NCBI GenBank assembly: GCA_965215005.1
Contig: CBDCCZ010000004.1
Span: forward strand, 32,001 to 96,000
Source: Kofleriaceae bacterium
GTDB lineage: Bacteria > Myxococcota_A > Polyangia > Haliangiales > Haliangiaceae
DNA: 64,000 nucleotides
Reading direction: 5' to 3'
Every line of letters starts with the position of its first letter. The stretch's first letter is position 1. The position numbers and the translations under genes were made by a program. A model generated the notes under the pieces. The model saw only the letters and a list, made by a program, of their open reading frames with translations. It did no database searches and was not told the origin of the DNA. This document shows positions 41,061-52,640 of the stretch, piece by piece.

Positions 41061-42230
41061 ATGCTGGGGATTTTCGCGACGGGAATGCTCCTGATGCTCG
41101 GTGGCGACGCCGGCGCCGGCAGCGTCGTTTGCCCGCGAGTCGCTGACGGGGCCTTGCTCGTCGACGGCATGCTCGACGATTGGCAGGGAGTGCGCGGCGT
41201 CCGTGCGGCGGGCAAAGACGCGGATGCAAGCTTTGCTCTCCGTTGCGGCTATGACCGCCAGCGACTGTATCTGGCGGTGGACGTGCGCGATCAAGAGTTG
41301 GTGCGCCGCGCTGGCGGCAGAGAGGACCAGCTCGAGCTCGTCGTGCAAGTCCCAGGCAAGGCGCCGCTGCGCTTGGTCGCCCGTCCCGGCACCAAACGGC
41401 ACCGGCCGGTGCGTCGGCTCGGAAAGCGGCGACCACCGGCGTGGCTCGAGCTCGAGGATACGCGCCAGCCCCACGGCTTTTCGCTCGAGGTATCGTGGCC
41501 ACTGCAGCGCATGGCCGGCTTTGGCCGGCATTCGTTTCAGCTCCAGGCGCAGGTGCGCTACCGCGACGTCGATGGTGGCCAGAGGCCTGCGGCGGTGCGC
41601 TTCGAAGGCACCCTCGAGCTCGCGGAGGGGCGCGCGCTGGTGCGCAGTTTCTTGCGTGAGACCGGGCTCGAGCGCAGCGAGTTACGCTTGGATGCAATCG
41701 CGGATGTCGACGGCGATGGCGCTTCCGAGCGCATCTTGGCCGGCGGCGCGACGATCGGCGTGTTGAGCGACAGATACGTCTTCATGACGCTACCAGCGGC
41801 GCCAGCGGAGGTGAAGAACGTGCAGGTCGTGGAGCTGCGCGGCGATGGCACCTCGCACATCGTTGCGCAGTATCGCGAGCACGGCGGTGGCGGAAGTCGC
41901 GACGTCGTATCGATCTGGAGCGTCTCCGGTCGCGGGCGCTTCGAGCGGGTGCTGGCGTTCGAGGTTGGTAAACGCCTCGGAAGCCGCTCGATCGCCAATA
42001 CCTGGCGCTTGACGCCTCGCGCAGCATTCCGCGCCGGGAAGCGCAGCCGGCGCGGACACGACATCGTGGTCGAGGTGGGAGCCGTGGAAGGCTGGGATCA
42101 GGAGAGTTTTCTCGAGTCGCCTGCGACGGACATGCGCCCGATCCTCACCCCATGGGGCGAGCAGCGCTCGGCGGTGTATTGGCTAGAAGGCGATGCCGTG
42201 CTCGGGGGGGAGCCGATGAAGCGCCGCTGA
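41061..42230 (+). CDS. Secreted hypothetical protein with a CBM9/DOMON-like N-terminal domain
   Basis: GAGGAG RBS, signal peptide, VDGMLDDW...YDRQRLYLAVDVRD pattern, FG-GAP-like DVDGDG motif. Confidence 0.7.
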   Translation: MLGIFATGMLLMLGGDAGAGSVVCPRVADGALLVDGMLDDWQGVRGVRAAGKDADASFALRCGYDRQRLYLAVDVRDQELVRRAGGREDQLELVVQVPGKAPLRLVARPGTKRHRPVRRLGKRRPPAWLELEDTRQPHGFSLEVSWPLQRMAGFGRHSFQLQAQVRYRDVDGGQRPAAVRFEGTLELAEGRALVRSFLRETGLERSELRLDAIADVDGDGASERILAGGATIGVLSDRYVFMTLPAAPAEVKNVQVVELRGDGTSHIVAQYREHGGGGSRDVVSIWSVSGRGRFERVLAFEVGKRLGSRSIANTWRLTPRAAFRAGKRSRRGHDIVVEVGAVEGWDQESFLESPATDMRPILTPWGEQRSAVYWLEGDAVLGGEPMKRR

Positions 42231-42244
42231 TCGCGCATTGGCGC

Positions 42245-43138
42245 ATGGCTACCTATACTCGCGGCGTGGCGAACATCGCGCTGATTGTTGCTGTGCTCGC
42301 CGTGTCGACATCCGCGCCGCTGATTCGCTGGGCAGCACCAGCGCCACCGCTCACGGTTGCAGCTGCTCGGGTGATCATCGCGGCGATACTGCTGCACCTC
42401 GTCGCGCGGCGCGCTGTGCCGCTATATCTGGCGCTGCCTCGCCGCGAACGCGTCTTAATCGCCTTTGCGGGGCTGCTTCTGGGCGCGCACTTCGGCGTCT
42501 GGATCACGTCGCTCTACCTAACCTCGACCGCTGCGTCGGTGGCGTTGGTGGCAACGCAGCCGATCTTTGCGGCTCTGTTTGCGCGCCTGCTGGGGGATCG
42601 GGTTGGCCGTCGCGCAGGGGCTGGAATCGTGGTCGCGGCAGTGGGTTGTGCCGTTCTAGCCAGCGGCGATCTCGGGCAAGCCGGGGATGCGCTGCTGGGC
42701 GATGCGCTGGCGATTGCCGGGGCTGCAACCGCCGCTGGCTATTTACTGGTGGGGCGGGCCCTGCGCGTCTCCTTGCCGTTGGTGCCGTATCTGGCGATGG
42801 TCAACTCGTTCGCCGCGGCGCTGCTATTGGTTTGCGGGGCAATTGCGCAGCCGCCGGTGCTGGGCTTTGCTGCCGAGTCGTACGCGGCCATTGCATTGTG
42901 TGCGGTGATTCCGTCGCTCTTGGGCCATACGCTGCTCAATTGGTCGGTGCGGCGCACGCCTGCGCATCTGGTGACGCTTGGCATCCTCGGCGAGCCGGTG
43001 GGCGCGGCGCTGTTAACTTGGCTGCTGTTTGCCGAGCAACCTTCGGTGCACGCGGCTCTCGGTGGCGGCATCATCTTGCTTGGTATCGCGGTTGGGTTTG
43101 GCGAGTTGCGCCGCAGGCGAGTGGCCCCTGAGGGCTAG
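42245..43138 (+). CDS. DMT/EamA family transporter
   Basis: About 10 TM in two EamA repeats (ATQPIF, GEPVGA); start ATG 42245. Confidence 0.9.
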   Translation: MATYTRGVANIALIVAVLAVSTSAPLIRWAAPAPPLTVAAARVIIAAILLHLVARRAVPLYLALPRRERVLIAFAGLLLGAHFGVWITSLYLTSTAASVALVATQPIFAALFARLLGDRVGRRAGAGIVVAAVGCAVLASGDLGQAGDALLGDALAIAGAATAAGYLLVGRALRVSLPLVPYLAMVNSFAAALLLVCGAIAQPPVLGFAAESYAAIALCAVIPSLLGHTLLNWSVRRTPAHLVTLGILGEPVGAALLTWLLFAEQPSVHAALGGGIILLGIAVGFGELRRRRVAPEG

Positions 43139-43179
43139 CTGGTGGCTCGCGCCGCAAGTGGCGCTCGGTTTGGTCGTCA

Positions 43180-44850
43180 TCAATCCAGCGGCGTCGCATG
43201 AGCGGCAGCGATGTCGCCGTGGCCTTCTTTCCATAAGGCTTGGTGCAGCGCGCGGAGAAGCTCATCGAACGAGGTGGGGTCGAGAGCGGAGAGCAAGATG
43301 CCGTCGTAGAAGGCAGCGCGAAAGTGAGCCTCGTCGACTCCGAGCTTGTCGACCTTGTTGAAGACGACGAGTCGCGGTTTCTCCGCCAGCTCGAGCTCGG
43401 CAAGAATGGCGGTGACAGAGTCGATTTGCTGCTCGTAATCATCATCGCTGGCGTCGACCACGTGCACGAGCAAGTCGGCTTCTGTGAGCTCTTCGAGAGT
43501 GGCGCGAAACGCCCGCGCTAGATCTGCAGGCAAGTCGCGAATGAAGCCCACGGTGTCGATGAGCACCACCTCGCGCTCATAAGGGAATCGCAGGCGCCGG
43601 CTGATCGGGTCGAGCGTGGCGAAGAGTTTGTCTTCGGCGAGCGCGTCACTGCCGGTAAGTTGATTGAGCAGCGTCGACTTGCCGGCGTTGGTGTAGCCAA
43701 CAAGCGCGATGATCGGCACGCCGCGATCGTGACGGCGCTGTCGCCGCAGCCGGCGGCGCTTGCCCAATTCCTCGAGCTCTTTCTCGAGCAGAGTGACGCG
43801 GTCGCGAGCGCGCCGGCGACTCACCTCGAGCTTGGTTTCGCCCGGACCACGACCGCCGATGCCACCGGTGAGACGGGACATCATGGTGTTCTTTTCGGCC
43901 AATCTCGGCAGCGCGTACTTGAGCTGTGCGAGCTCGACCTGCAGCTTGCCGTCGCGACTGCGGGCGTGCTGCGCGAAGATGTCGAGGATGAGCATCGTAC
44001 GGTCGAGAATCTTCAGCTCGGTATCGTCGCTGATCGCTCGCGCCTGCCCCGGCGTGAGGTCTTGATCGAAGATGACAGTCTCGGCACCGAGCTGCATGGC
44101 TCGCAACAGCAGCTGTTCGAGCTTGCCGCGGCCCACCAGAAAACGCGGATCGGCTTCGTCGCGCTGCTGAGTGATTACGTCGAGAACCCGAACGCCGGCG
44201 GTGCGGCATAGCTCGCGCAGCTCGGCGATACGCGCGTCGCTGTCGGCAGCGCGGCCGAGCGCGACGTGGACGAGCAATACGCGATCGCCGGTTTCGTCGG
44301 TCAACAGCGGCTTCGAGGTTCGGGCAAACTCGGCCTCGAGTGCGTTCATGAGCGCATCGAAGCGCGTGGTCTGTTGATGTGGATCTTCGGCGGGAAGCTC
44401 GCGCCACAGCTCGCCATCCGGGTTGTCCGGCAACAGATGCCCGAGATACAGCTTGCCGGGCCGGCCATCGGGCTCCACGGTCACCGCCGCGACCAGATCG
44501 AGGCGAAGCAGGGCGAGGTCGGTGAGATCGTCGTGGCTGAGCGACTCGCCGCGCAAGTGGGTGTGTACCAGCCGCAGACCGCGAAAGCGCCCCGGTGCAC
44601 CGCGTAGCCGGCCCACGTCGGGGAGCATGATGCGCGTGGCGTCGCCGACCATGACGTGCTCGATCGCGCCGCGGCGATTGATCAGCACGCCGATCTGTCG
44701 GTGCAGCTGCGCAGATTGCTCGGTCATGAACGCGAGCAACTCCGGCGAGGCCACATCCGTAGGCGCTACGCGCCGGCGATAGATGCGCGCCAGCGCTTTG
44801 ACCGCACTGGCCTTGAGGCCGGCGGTATTGCCGATTACGTCCTGTTTCAT
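43180..44850 (-). CDS. hflX: GTPase HflX (long form with N-terminal extension)
   Basis: [38 protein letters not shown]; start ATG 44850. Confidence 0.96.
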   Translation of the reverse strand: MKQDVIGNTAGLKASAVKALARIYRRRVAPTDVASPELLAFMTEQSAQLHRQIGVLINRRGAIEHVMVGDATRIMLPDVGRLRGAPGRFRGLRLVHTHLRGESLSHDDLTDLALLRLDLVAAVTVEPDGRPGKLYLGHLLPDNPDGELWRELPAEDPHQQTTRFDALMNALEAEFARTSKPLLTDETGDRVLLVHVALGRAADSDARIAELRELCRTAGVRVLDVITQQRDEADPRFLVGRGKLEQLLLRAMQLGAETVIFDQDLTPGQARAISDDTELKILDRTMLILDIFAQHARSRDGKLQVELAQLKYALPRLAEKNTMMSRLTGGIGGRGPGETKLEVSRRRARDRVTLLEKELEELGKRRRLRRQRRHDRGVPIIALVGYTNAGKSTLLNQLTGSDALAEDKLFATLDPISRRLRFPYEREVVLIDTVGFIRDLPADLARAFRATLEELTEADLLVHVVDASDDDYEQQIDSVTAILAELELAEKPRLVVFNKVDKLGVDEAHFRAAFYDGILLSALDPTSFDELLRALHQALWKEGHGDIAAAHATPLD

Positions 44851-44901
44851 GCAGTAAAACTCTACGACGCTACGGCGTCGTCCGCCCGTATAATGGCTGT
44901 C

Positions 44902-46083
44902 GTGCGCCGTAGGTTTACTGCCCTCGCTGTGCACCAGCAACCGGAAGCACTTGGCGAGCTGGTGGAGCTATTGTCGTTTCCGGAGCTACGCGTGGAAACG
45001 GCACGCTCCGCCACAGAAGCGCACAATAAGCTCATCGCTGGCCAATACTCGGTGATTCTCGTTGGTCATCGACCGCCCGAGCTCGACGGCGTAGAGCTCC
45101 TCGAGCGAACGCTCACCAGCAGCCCCGATGCACTTCGCATCCTGCTCGTGAGTCATCCCGACGAGGCGCTCGAGGTCGACTATCGGCATGGTCCCACCGG
45201 AAAGGTGATGCGGTTCGTCGCACGGCCGAGCGAGCGGAGCCGTCTCACCGGGTTGATTGGTGAGAGCATCAAGCTCCTTTGCTTACTCGAGGATCAGCGG
45301 GCGATGGTGCGCAAGCTCGGCATCGAGTACGAGCGTCTGCAGCGCCGTGAGACGCTGCTCGATGTAGTCGTCAAGGAGCGGACCAAGGAGCTCGAGGAGA
45401 GCTACTTGAAGCTCAAAGCTGCCAACCGGCAAGCGCTGTTTGGGCTCGCCGAGGCAATCGAAGCCAAAGACCCGTATACCAAAGGTCACTGCGGGCGAGT
45501 CGCCGCGTACAGCTTGGTGCTCGCGCAGGAAGCCGGCTATCCCGATGAAGGCCTGGAAACCCTCGAGTTTGGCGCGTTCCTCCACGATATTGGCAAAATC
45601 GGCACCCGCGATTCGGTTCTGCTCAAGCCCGGTCCGCTCGACGAGACCGAGTGGGCGCACATGCGCGAGCACCCGCTGCGCGGCTTCGAGATCGCCTCGC
45701 AGATCGAGATGCTCGAGCCAATCATGCCGGCGGTTCGCAATCATCACGAGCGCTGGGATGGCGACGGCTATCCCGATCGAATGGTCGCCGAAGCAATCCC
45801 GTTGGTTGCCCGCATCGTTGCCATCGCCGATGCCTACGACGCGATGGCAACGGATCGTCCTTACAAGAAGGCGTTGCCGCTCGACGAGTGCGAGATGCTG
45901 CTGCGCAAGAGCGCCGGTAAGATGTACGACCCCGAGCTAATCGAGATCTTCGTCAGTCGGCATATCGGGGCCATCTACCGCGATGAGTACGATGGGCAGG
46001 CCTGCGACGACGGCTACGGCACAGAGCGAGAAGGCCGTGCACCTACCGAGCACGACGTCCTGGAGAACATCGGCCGCAACTGA
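44902..46083 (+). CDS. HD-GYP cyclic-dinucleotide phosphodiesterase with a degenerate receiver domain
   Basis: [34 protein letters not shown]; start ATG 44893 or GTG 44902. Confidence 0.92.
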   Translation: MRRRFTALAVHQQPEALGELVELLSFPELRVETARSATEAHNKLIAGQYSVILVGHRPPELDGVELLERTLTSSPDALRILLVSHPDEALEVDYRHGPTGKVMRFVARPSERSRLTGLIGESIKLLCLLEDQRAMVRKLGIEYERLQRRETLLDVVVKERTKELEESYLKLKAANRQALFGLAEAIEAKDPYTKGHCGRVAAYSLVLAQEAGYPDEGLETLEFGAFLHDIGKIGTRDSVLLKPGPLDETEWAHMREHPLRGFEIASQIEMLEPIMPAVRNHHERWDGDGYPDRMVAEAIPLVARIVAIADAYDAMATDRPYKKALPLDECEMLLRKSAGKMYDPELIEIFVSRHIGAIYRDEYDGQACDDGYGTEREGRAPTEHDVLENIGRN

Positions 46084-46151
46084 ACCTGGCGCTGCCGAGC
46101 GTGTGACGGCTAAGGAACGCAGGGCAAAGCTGGTGCGGCTGCGCGAGTGGG

Positions 46152-49100
46152 CTAGCTTTCCTCGCCGGTCGAGGTCGCGGAGTGCAGCTCGTGCGTCGTT
46201 ACATTTTCATCGAGCAGGGTGAGGGCGATAGCCAGTGCTTTCTTCGCCTTGGTGACGGTGTCGTCGTCGCGCCGGATCTTTTGGTAGGCCTTTAGGACCT
46301 GCTCCTGATAGGCCGCGTTCTGCGCTTTGAGCTCTTCGAGATCGGCTTCGAGACGCTCTAGCGTTGCCTCGTGCGCTTCGATCGTTTCGCGGTGGGCATC
46401 GAGCTCGGCGTCGCGGGCGGCGATCAGCTCATTGGCGGTGCTCAGCTCCGCTTGACGCTCTACCAAGCTCGCGTTAGTGGCGTCGAGGGACGTGGCGAGC
46501 CGGTCTCGCTGCGCCGTGAGTGCCTCGGCGGCCTGGCGATGTTGCGCCCGCATCTCGTCGGTCTCGGTCTGGAAATCCAGCCTCATGACGCGCTCGGCTT
46601 CGCCGCGATCCTGCTGTGCTCGCTCGAGCGCTTCCCGCTTATCGTTTTCGGCGTCGGCGAGTGCTTTGGCCTTGTCGTCTTCGGCGGCGGCGAGCTCGCG
46701 TTCGCGGCGCTGTTCGGCGTCGGCGAGTGCTTTGGCCTTATCGTCTTCGGCTGCGGCGAGCTCGCGTTCGCGGCGCTGTTCGGCGTCGGCTAGTGCTTTG
46801 GCCTTGTCGTCTTCGGCGGCGGCGAGCTCGCGTTCGCGGCGCTGTTCGGCGTCTGCGAGTGCTTTGGTCTTATCGTCTTCGGCGGCGGCGAGCTCGCGTT
46901 CGCGGCGCTCTTCGGCGTCGGCGAGCTCACGCTGGCCGTGTTGAATTGCCTCGCGATGCTCGCGGTCGAGCCGCGCCAGCTGGCCCGCGTGCTGATCGGT
47001 GAGCGTCTGCAGCGCCTGCCGATGGCCCGCGGTCAACGTGGCCGTCTCCTCCTCGTGTTGGGCTGCGAGGCTCTCCAGTGCCTCCTGGTGAGCGTCCTGC
47101 TCGGCTGCGCGCGCTCGTGTGGCCTCAGCGAGCGCTTGCTCGCTGCGTTCCTTTAGCGATGCCAGCTGAGCGCGAAGTGCCTCTGCGACCTGGGTGGACT
47201 CCGAGCGCAGCGTGGCGAGTGCTCGTTCGCTTTCTTCGCGCAGCGCGGCACGAGCGGTTTCGTGCTGCTCAGCTTGCGCCGCAGCGTCGCGCGCGTGCTC
47301 TTGCGCAAGCGCCGCGGCAGCTTGCTCACTTTGACTCGCCAGGGCCTCGAGCTGCTGCTCGTGCTCGCTCCGCAGAGCGGCAAGAGCGGTCTGGTTTTGC
47401 CTGCGCAACGACTCGAGCTCGCCCGTATGCTGCTCTTGCAGCGCCGCCTGAGCCTCCGCGCTCGCTCGTTGTTGGTCTTCGAGCGTGCGCGTGTGCGACT
47501 CGTTCAAGCCGTGTAGCGCGCGCTTTTGGGCGGCGTCGGCGTCGGCAAGCGCTTGTTCTTTGGCCTCGGCGGCATCGAGCAGCGCCTGTTCGTGCTCACG
47601 CCGCTGTGCCGCCAGCGCCGAAATCTTGGCCTCTTCGGCCTCGACGAGCGCCTTATCGCGGGTTTCTTCGGCGGCGGCGAGCTCACGACGATGCGCCTCT
47701 TCGACTCGCGCCAGCGCATCGCGATGGCGCTCCTCGACCTCGGCTCGATCCCTCTCTGCCCGCTCCTCCGCTGCGTCGGCCGCGCGCTGGGCCTCGGCTG
47801 CGTGCGCTTGCAGCGCCGCTTCCCGCTGCTCGGTTAGCTCATCGCGCAATGCCGCCAGCTCTTCGAGCTGAACGCGCTCGCGCTCATGACTGGCGTGCTC
47901 ATGCTCTCGCTGCACCGCCTCGAGCGCCGCCGCATTTTTGCTAGCCAGCTCCTCGAGCGCTGAGTCATGCGCTCGCTCGAGCTGCTCGCGCTCTTTTGCG
48001 GCACGAGCGGCGCGCTCGTCCGCGAGTTGCTCGCGCTCCTGCAGCGTCGCCTCGAGCTGAGAACTGGCCTTGCGCGCCCGCTCAAGCTCGCTTTCGAGCG
48101 CTACGCCGCGTCCGCGCAGCTCGTCGAGCTCGCTTTCGAGGTTGGCACTTCGTTCCCGCAGCTCGCCGAGCTCGTCTTCGACCGCGCGCCGCTGGGCCTG
48201 CGACTCGCGCGTTGCCCGCTCGGCTCGATCGACGGTCTCACTGTCTTCTAAAAGCCGCTGCTCGAGCTCGAGGTTCTTGGCATCGAGCGCGGTCTTGGAA
48301 TGCTCTAGCTGCCGCAGGCGGTCGTTGATCTCGAGGATCTGGCGGTCCTTGCCACCCACCTCGTCGCGCAGCTCGAGGATCTCGCGTTCTTTCTTGTTGA
48401 TGAGCTCGCGGAGGTTTAGGAACTCACGCTCGCGCGAGAACGACTTGCCGACTTCGGGTTGCTCGCGCGACTTCTCGAGCTCGGCCTCCAGGCGCTGATT
48501 CTCGCGCTCGAGCGCATGCAGCTTCTGCAAGGTGCGGCGGTCGTGAACCCCCGACTGCTCTTCGTCGGCAGCGCGGGCGACCTCTTCGAGACCGAGATCG
48601 AGCTCGGCAGGCTTGTTGACCGGCGCCTCGACGCGCGCGTTATCCGCGGCCTCGGCGGCGGCGGCGGCGGCCATCAGCGCTGCGGCATTTATGGTGGCCA
48701 CCTGCGTGGGTTTTTCTTCTGGCATCTCGAAGCCGACCGGCTCCGACGCGGTCGCGAAGTCGGCTTCGGAATCGTCCGCGGCCGCTTCAGCAAACGGCGA
48801 TTCGGGCTCGGACTCGGCGCCGACGTCTTCGAAGCCCAGCTCTGCCGCCGATAGCTCTGCCGCCGACAGCTCTGCCGCGCTTTCTTCTTCTTCGGCGGCG
48901 GGATCGTCGGCGAGTGCGGAGAAATCCTCGGTGAGCATCGCAAAGGCGGCGTCGGTTTCAGCGTCGATGCCCTCGTCGATCAACAGGTTCGGAGGCGCGA
49001 CGGTGGTCTTTTCCACCGCTTCTTCGGCAAAGTCACTCAGATCAGCGCCAAGCTCGAGATCATCGGCGTCGATTTCGTCGACCAAGACGTCGTTCTGCAG

Positions 49101-49547
49101 CTCGACATCTCCGAGCTCCATCTCTTCGACATCTACCGGAATCTCGAGATCGTCCACCTCACCGATCTCACCGAGGCCGATCAAGTTATCGAGCTTGCCG
49201 ATGAGCACGTGCGGATTCAGGTCGCGCTTGTCGAAGTATTCGTCGGCGTGGGCGCGTAGCTTCCGATGGCTCTGAAACCCCGAAGACGGCACCGACTGCG
49301 TGGTCAGGACAATAGGAATGTCAGCGGCAATCCCCTTCTTCGCCTTGTTGCACAGCGAATAGCCGAGCTTTTCCGGCTCCTCGACAGCGATGAAGATGAC
49401 CTCCGGTTGAATGTCGTGCACCTGATCGAGCGCCTCTGCGCTTTCTTCGACTGCATAGATCTCGAAGCCGTAAGGAGCGAGTTGCTGGTCGAGGAGGCGA
49501 TGAAATTCTGGATCAGAGTCGATGAGGAGAAGGCGGCGTGAGCCCAT
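46152..49547 (-). CDS. frzS: FrzS-like pseudo-receiver plus long coiled-coil protein
   Basis: Receiver with Ala at the phospho-Asp position (IFIAVE) and [14 protein letters not shown], matching my recollection of FrzS; acidic linker; >700 aa coiled coil. Confidence 0.75.
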   Translation of the reverse strand: MGSRRLLLIDSDPEFHRLLDQQLAPYGFEIYAVEESAEALDQVHDIQPEVIFIAVEEPEKLGYSLCNKAKKGIAADIPIVLTTQSVPSSGFQSHRKLRAHADEYFDKRDLNPHVLIGKLDNLIGLGEIGEVDDLEIPVDVEEMELGDVELQNDVLVDEIDADDLELGADLSDFAEEAVEKTTVAPPNLLIDEGIDAETDAAFAMLTEDFSALADDPAAEEEESAAELSAAELSAAELGFEDVGAESEPESPFAEAAADDSEADFATASEPVGFEMPEEKPTQVATINAAALMAAAAAAEAADNARVEAPVNKPAELDLGLEEVARAADEEQSGVHDRRTLQKLHALERENQRLEAELEKSREQPEVGKSFSREREFLNLRELINKKEREILELRDEVGGKDRQILEINDRLRQLEHSKTALDAKNLELEQRLLEDSETVDRAERATRESQAQRRAVEDELGELRERSANLESELDELRGRGVALESELERARKASSQLEATLQEREQLADERAARAAKEREQLERAHDSALEELASKNAAALEAVQREHEHASHERERVQLEELAALRDELTEQREAALQAHAAEAQRAADAAEERAERDRAEVEERHRDALARVEEAHRRELAAAEETRDKALVEAEEAKISALAAQRREHEQALLDAAEAKEQALADADAAQKRALHGLNESHTRTLEDQQRASAEAQAALQEQHTGELESLRRQNQTALAALRSEHEQQLEALASQSEQAAAALAQEHARDAAAQAEQHETARAALREESERALATLRSESTQVAEALRAQLASLKERSEQALAEATRARAAEQDAHQEALESLAAQHEEETATLTAGHRQALQTLTDQHAGQLARLDREHREAIQHGQRELADAEERRERELAAAEDDKTKALADAEQRRERELAAAEDDKAKALADAEQRRERELAAAEDDKAKALADAEQRRERELAAAEDDKAKALADAENDKREALERAQQDRGEAERVMRLDFQTETDEMRAQHRQAAEALTAQRDRLATSLDATNASLVERQAELSTANELIAARDAELDAHRETIEAHEATLERLEADLEELKAQNAAYQEQVLKAYQKIRRDDDTVTKAKKALAIALTLLDENVTTHELHSATSTGEES
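46647..46925 (-). repeat. Intragenic 66-bp tandem repeat (about 4.2 copies; 22-aa unit)
   Basis: Units start at 46647, 46713, 46779, 46845, partial 46911; encode [22 protein letters not shown]. Confidence 0.92.
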
Positions 49548-49677
49548 GAGCCGGCGGTCCTTTCGCTGCGCCAAAAGTCTATCGCGCGCGTCGACAGGGC
49601 CGCAACGACACGAATGTGGGTAGCCGCCGTGCAGGCGCTGCGATGTAGGGCTTCAGCGTTGCGCAGAGGGCAGCAGC

Positions 49678-50490
49678 TCAGCGGGCGCGAAGACGTTCGT
49701 TGACGCGCAGCAATAAGTCTGAGCTGCCTACGAGATCGACGAGTTGGCGCTCATCCATGTCGGAAGAGGTGAACACGTAGCCGATACCGTCTGGCGCCTT
49801 GTAGGCAACCACGCTGAGCCCGAGTTGTCCGTCGATCCACAGCTCGCGGCCATCGATCACCTGTCGACGGCTGCCGCGAAATGCGAGATTCGAAGCATCG
49901 ATTATGTGCGCCTGCACTTCGTGAAGCCGCCCAAAGCTCTCTACTTCATAGAACAGCTGCGCAGCATCGAGACCGCGAAGATGTGACAGCCGAGCACCCT
50001 TGAGACGGATGTCAGAGCTCGAGAACCGCGGCACCTCGATGCTGGGTCGAAAGTGCTCGTGCAGCCACGGAGACACCGCTGCGCCTTGCACTTCGATGGG
50101 CGGCTGCCGCAGGTGTTGTTGCACGGCAGCGTGAGTCACCAAGTCTTCATTGCGACTCGAGCCTGGCGCCACCACGAACACCGCGAGCGCCGCGGCCGCT
50201 GCCACCGTTGCTGCACCCGGCAGCGCCCACGACCGCAGTAGCTGCGCTCGACTCTGGCGATCTTCGGCGTCAAGAGCGCGGAGAAGACGCCGCTCCAATA
50301 GCTCTGGTACCGGCGGTGGCGCTAGATGCATCCGCATCGTGTCGCTAAAGCGGGTCTCGGCGTCGACGCGATCGGCGCAGCTAGCGCAATCCGCCAGATG
50401 CGACTCGAAGTCGATGCGCTCGTGCTCATCGAGCTCGTCGTCTAGATAGCTAAAGAGGAGATTTTCGATCTCTGCGCACTGAATCGACAT
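49678..50490 (-). CDS. Membrane-anchored zinc-binding anti-sigma factor (zf-HC2/ZAS)
   Basis: YLDDEL...HLADCASC (HxxxCxxC), one TM, extracytoplasmic domain; follows the ECF sigma gene. Confidence 0.9.
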   Translation of the reverse strand: MSIQCAEIENLLFSYLDDELDEHERIDFESHLADCASCADRVDAETRFSDTMRMHLAPPPVPELLERRLLRALDAEDRQSRAQLLRSWALPGAATVAAAAALAVFVVAPGSSRNEDLVTHAAVQQHLRQPPIEVQGAAVSPWLHEHFRPSIEVPRFSSSDIRLKGARLSHLRGLDAAQLFYEVESFGRLHEVQAHIIDASNLAFRGSRRQVIDGRELWIDGQLGLSVVAYKAPDGIGYVFTSSDMDERQLVDLVGSSDLLLRVNERLRAR

Positions 50491-50493
50491 GGA

Positions 50494-51156
50494 TCAACTT
50501 CTCCGCTGGCGCCGATAGGCATCCAGGTCGATGGCGGCTTCGTCGGTCGCAGTATCAGGTGTATCATCGCTCGTAGGTTCCTCCGCGCGAATGATGCCTT
50601 CGGCAACTGCGAACGAGCGAAGCGACTTCTTGAGGAGGCGACGCCCACGATACAGGCGGCTCATGACAGTTCCGACCGGACACTCCATGATCTCGGCGAT
50701 CTCTTTGTACGAGAACCCTTCCACGTCGCAGAGAACCACCGCCAAGCGGAAGTCTGCGGGCAAGGCTTCGAGTGCTCTTGCGACGTCATCCGAGAGCGTG
50801 CGATCGATCAGCTGACGTTCGGGGTCGCGAAGGCTAGCGGCGTCTTCCTGCACCAACACGCCATCGGTCGCGGCCTGCTCGGCGGCGGCCGCGGCAATCA
50901 CCTCTCGACCGCGTTTGCGCTTCTGATAGCTAGTGATGAAGGTGTTCGTCAAGATGCGAAACAGCCACGCTTTGCAGTTCGAGTCCTTCTGAAACGAGTC
51001 CCAGAAGCGGTAGGCGCGCAACATCGCGTCTTGCACCAGATCTTCGGCGTCTCGCGGATTGCGAGTGAGACGATAGGCGGCGCCGTAGAGCGAGTTTAGG
51101 TGCGGCAGCGCGAGCGTCTCGAACTCGGCACGGGCTGGTTTTTTGCGACGTAACAT
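50494..51156 (-). CDS. ECF RNA polymerase sigma factor (SigR/SigH-like)
   Basis: [47 protein letters not shown]. Confidence 0.95.
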   Translation of the reverse strand: MLRRKKPARAEFETLALPHLNSLYGAAYRLTRNPRDAEDLVQDAMLRAYRFWDSFQKDSNCKAWLFRILTNTFITSYQKRKRGREVIAAAAAEQAATDGVLVQEDAASLRDPERQLIDRTLSDDVARALEALPADFRLAVVLCDVEGFSYKEIAEIMECPVGTVMSRLYRGRRLLKKSLRSFAVAEGIIRAEEPTSDDTPDTATDEAAIDLDAYRRQRRS

Positions 51157-51171
51157 GGTGACCAAGAGCTG

Positions 51172-51197
51172 AACCGGGCAGATGAGAAGCTTATTCC
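51172..51197 (-). promoter_or_regulatory. Putative autoregulatory ECF promoter
   Basis: Minus strand GGAAT-18 bp-GTT, the SigR-type consensus, directly upstream of the ECF gene. Confidence 0.7.
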
Positions 51198-51471
51198 CGC
51201 TCGCCCGGGATTCGCTAACTAGCCATTCGCAAACGAATATTGCCTGGCCCAGCCCCAGGATTTCCTATCGGCCGCCTCACGCGCAGCCGATAGGGCGGAT
51301 ACGCGGTGAGAGCGTGCGGCGAGGACCACAGGCGAAGAGGGCCGGCCAGTGGTGCGCGGCGACGCCGAAGAGGGCGGTTGCGCAGCGCGCATCAGCCGCC
51401 CTTGCCCCGCATTGGGCGGCCGATCCGTGCGTCATCAATTCCGCGGCGTCGTAGGCGACTGCGAGCTCAGC

Positions 51472-52578
51472 TCAAGCCGCGAACGGCGTGTGATCGACAC
51501 CGAGCGCTTCGGCGACCGCGCGATGGGTGCAGCCACCGCGATACGTGTTGATGCCGCGCTCGATGGCCGGGTCATCTTTGGCAGCTTTGACCAATCCTTT
51601 GTCGGCCAGTGCGGCGACGTAACGAAGCGTGTCGTTGGTGAGCGCGAAGGTCGAGGTCCGTGGCACCGCGCCAGGCATGTTGGCGACGCAGTAGTGGATC
51701 ACGTCGTGCACGGTGTAGGTCGGGTCTTTGTGCGTGGTGGGGCGACAAGTGGCAACGCAGCCGCCCTGATCCACCGATACGTCGACGACCACTGAGCCGG
51801 CTTCCATCTTGCGAATCATGTCTTCGGTGACCAAATGCGGAGCCCGCGCACCGGTGATCAACACGGCGCCAACCACCAAATCCGCGCTCAGCACTGACTC
51901 TTCGATCGAAACCGGATCCGAGTAGAGGGTCTGAATGCGGCCCTCGTAGATGTCATCGAGGTAGGCCAGGGTGGCGCGGTTGACATCGAGCACCGTGACC
52001 TGCGCGCCGAGCCCGATAGCGACGCGGGCTGCGTTGGCGCCAACCACACCGCCGCCGATGATCGCCACGCGACCACGCCGCACTCCGGGCACGCCGCCGA
52101 GCAGGATGCCCTTGCCGCCGCGCTCACGCTCGAGATACATCGCGCCCGCCTGCACCGCCATGCGTCCAGCGACCGCGCTCATGGGGGTGAGGAGCGGTAG
52201 CTTGCCGGGCGAGGGCTCGATGGTCTCGTAGGCAACGGCATCGACTTTTCGCTTCATGAGCTCATGGCCGAGCTCATGGGCCGCGGCGAGATGCAAATAC
52301 GTAAACAGCAGCTGGCCCTCGCGCATCAGCGGAAACTCGGGTGCGATCGGCTCCTTGACCTTGACGATCATCTCCGCGCGCTTCCAGACTTCTTGTTGCG
52401 ACGCGACGATCGTGGCGCCAGCGCGCTCGAACTCCTCATCTTGAATGGATGAGCCAACGCCAGCGCCGCGCTCGATGAGCACCTCGTGACCGGCACCGGT
52501 CAACACGGCAGCGCCGGCTGGCGTCATGCCGACGCGGAACTCTTGAGTCTTGATCTCTTTCGGTACACCAATACGCAT
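51472..52578 (-). CDS. ald: Alanine dehydrogenase
   Basis: [47 protein letters not shown]. Confidence 0.97.
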   Translation of the reverse strand: MRIGVPKEIKTQEFRVGMTPAGAAVLTGAGHEVLIERGAGVGSSIQDEEFERAGATIVASQQEVWKRAEMIVKVKEPIAPEFPLMREGQLLFTYLHLAAAHELGHELMKRKVDAVAYETIEPSPGKLPLLTPMSAVAGRMAVQAGAMYLERERGGKGILLGGVPGVRRGRVAIIGGGVVGANAARVAIGLGAQVTVLDVNRATLAYLDDIYEGRIQTLYSDPVSIEESVLSADLVVGAVLITGARAPHLVTEDMIRKMEAGSVVVDVSVDQGGCVATCRPTTHKDPTYTVHDVIHYCVANMPGAVPRTSTFALTNDTLRYVAALADKGLVKAAKDDPAIERGINTYRGGCTHRAVAEALGVDHTPFAA

Positions 52579-52640
52579 GGTGCGCGGGACTATCTGATGG
52601 CGCTTCAAGAACTGTCAATAGCGCGGTGCTAGCGCATTGC

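Noticed and set aside
40930..41697. Long N-terminal extension of pcm in the ORF track
   Set aside because: Overlaps the plus-strand gene at 41061 and reads as shadow sequence.
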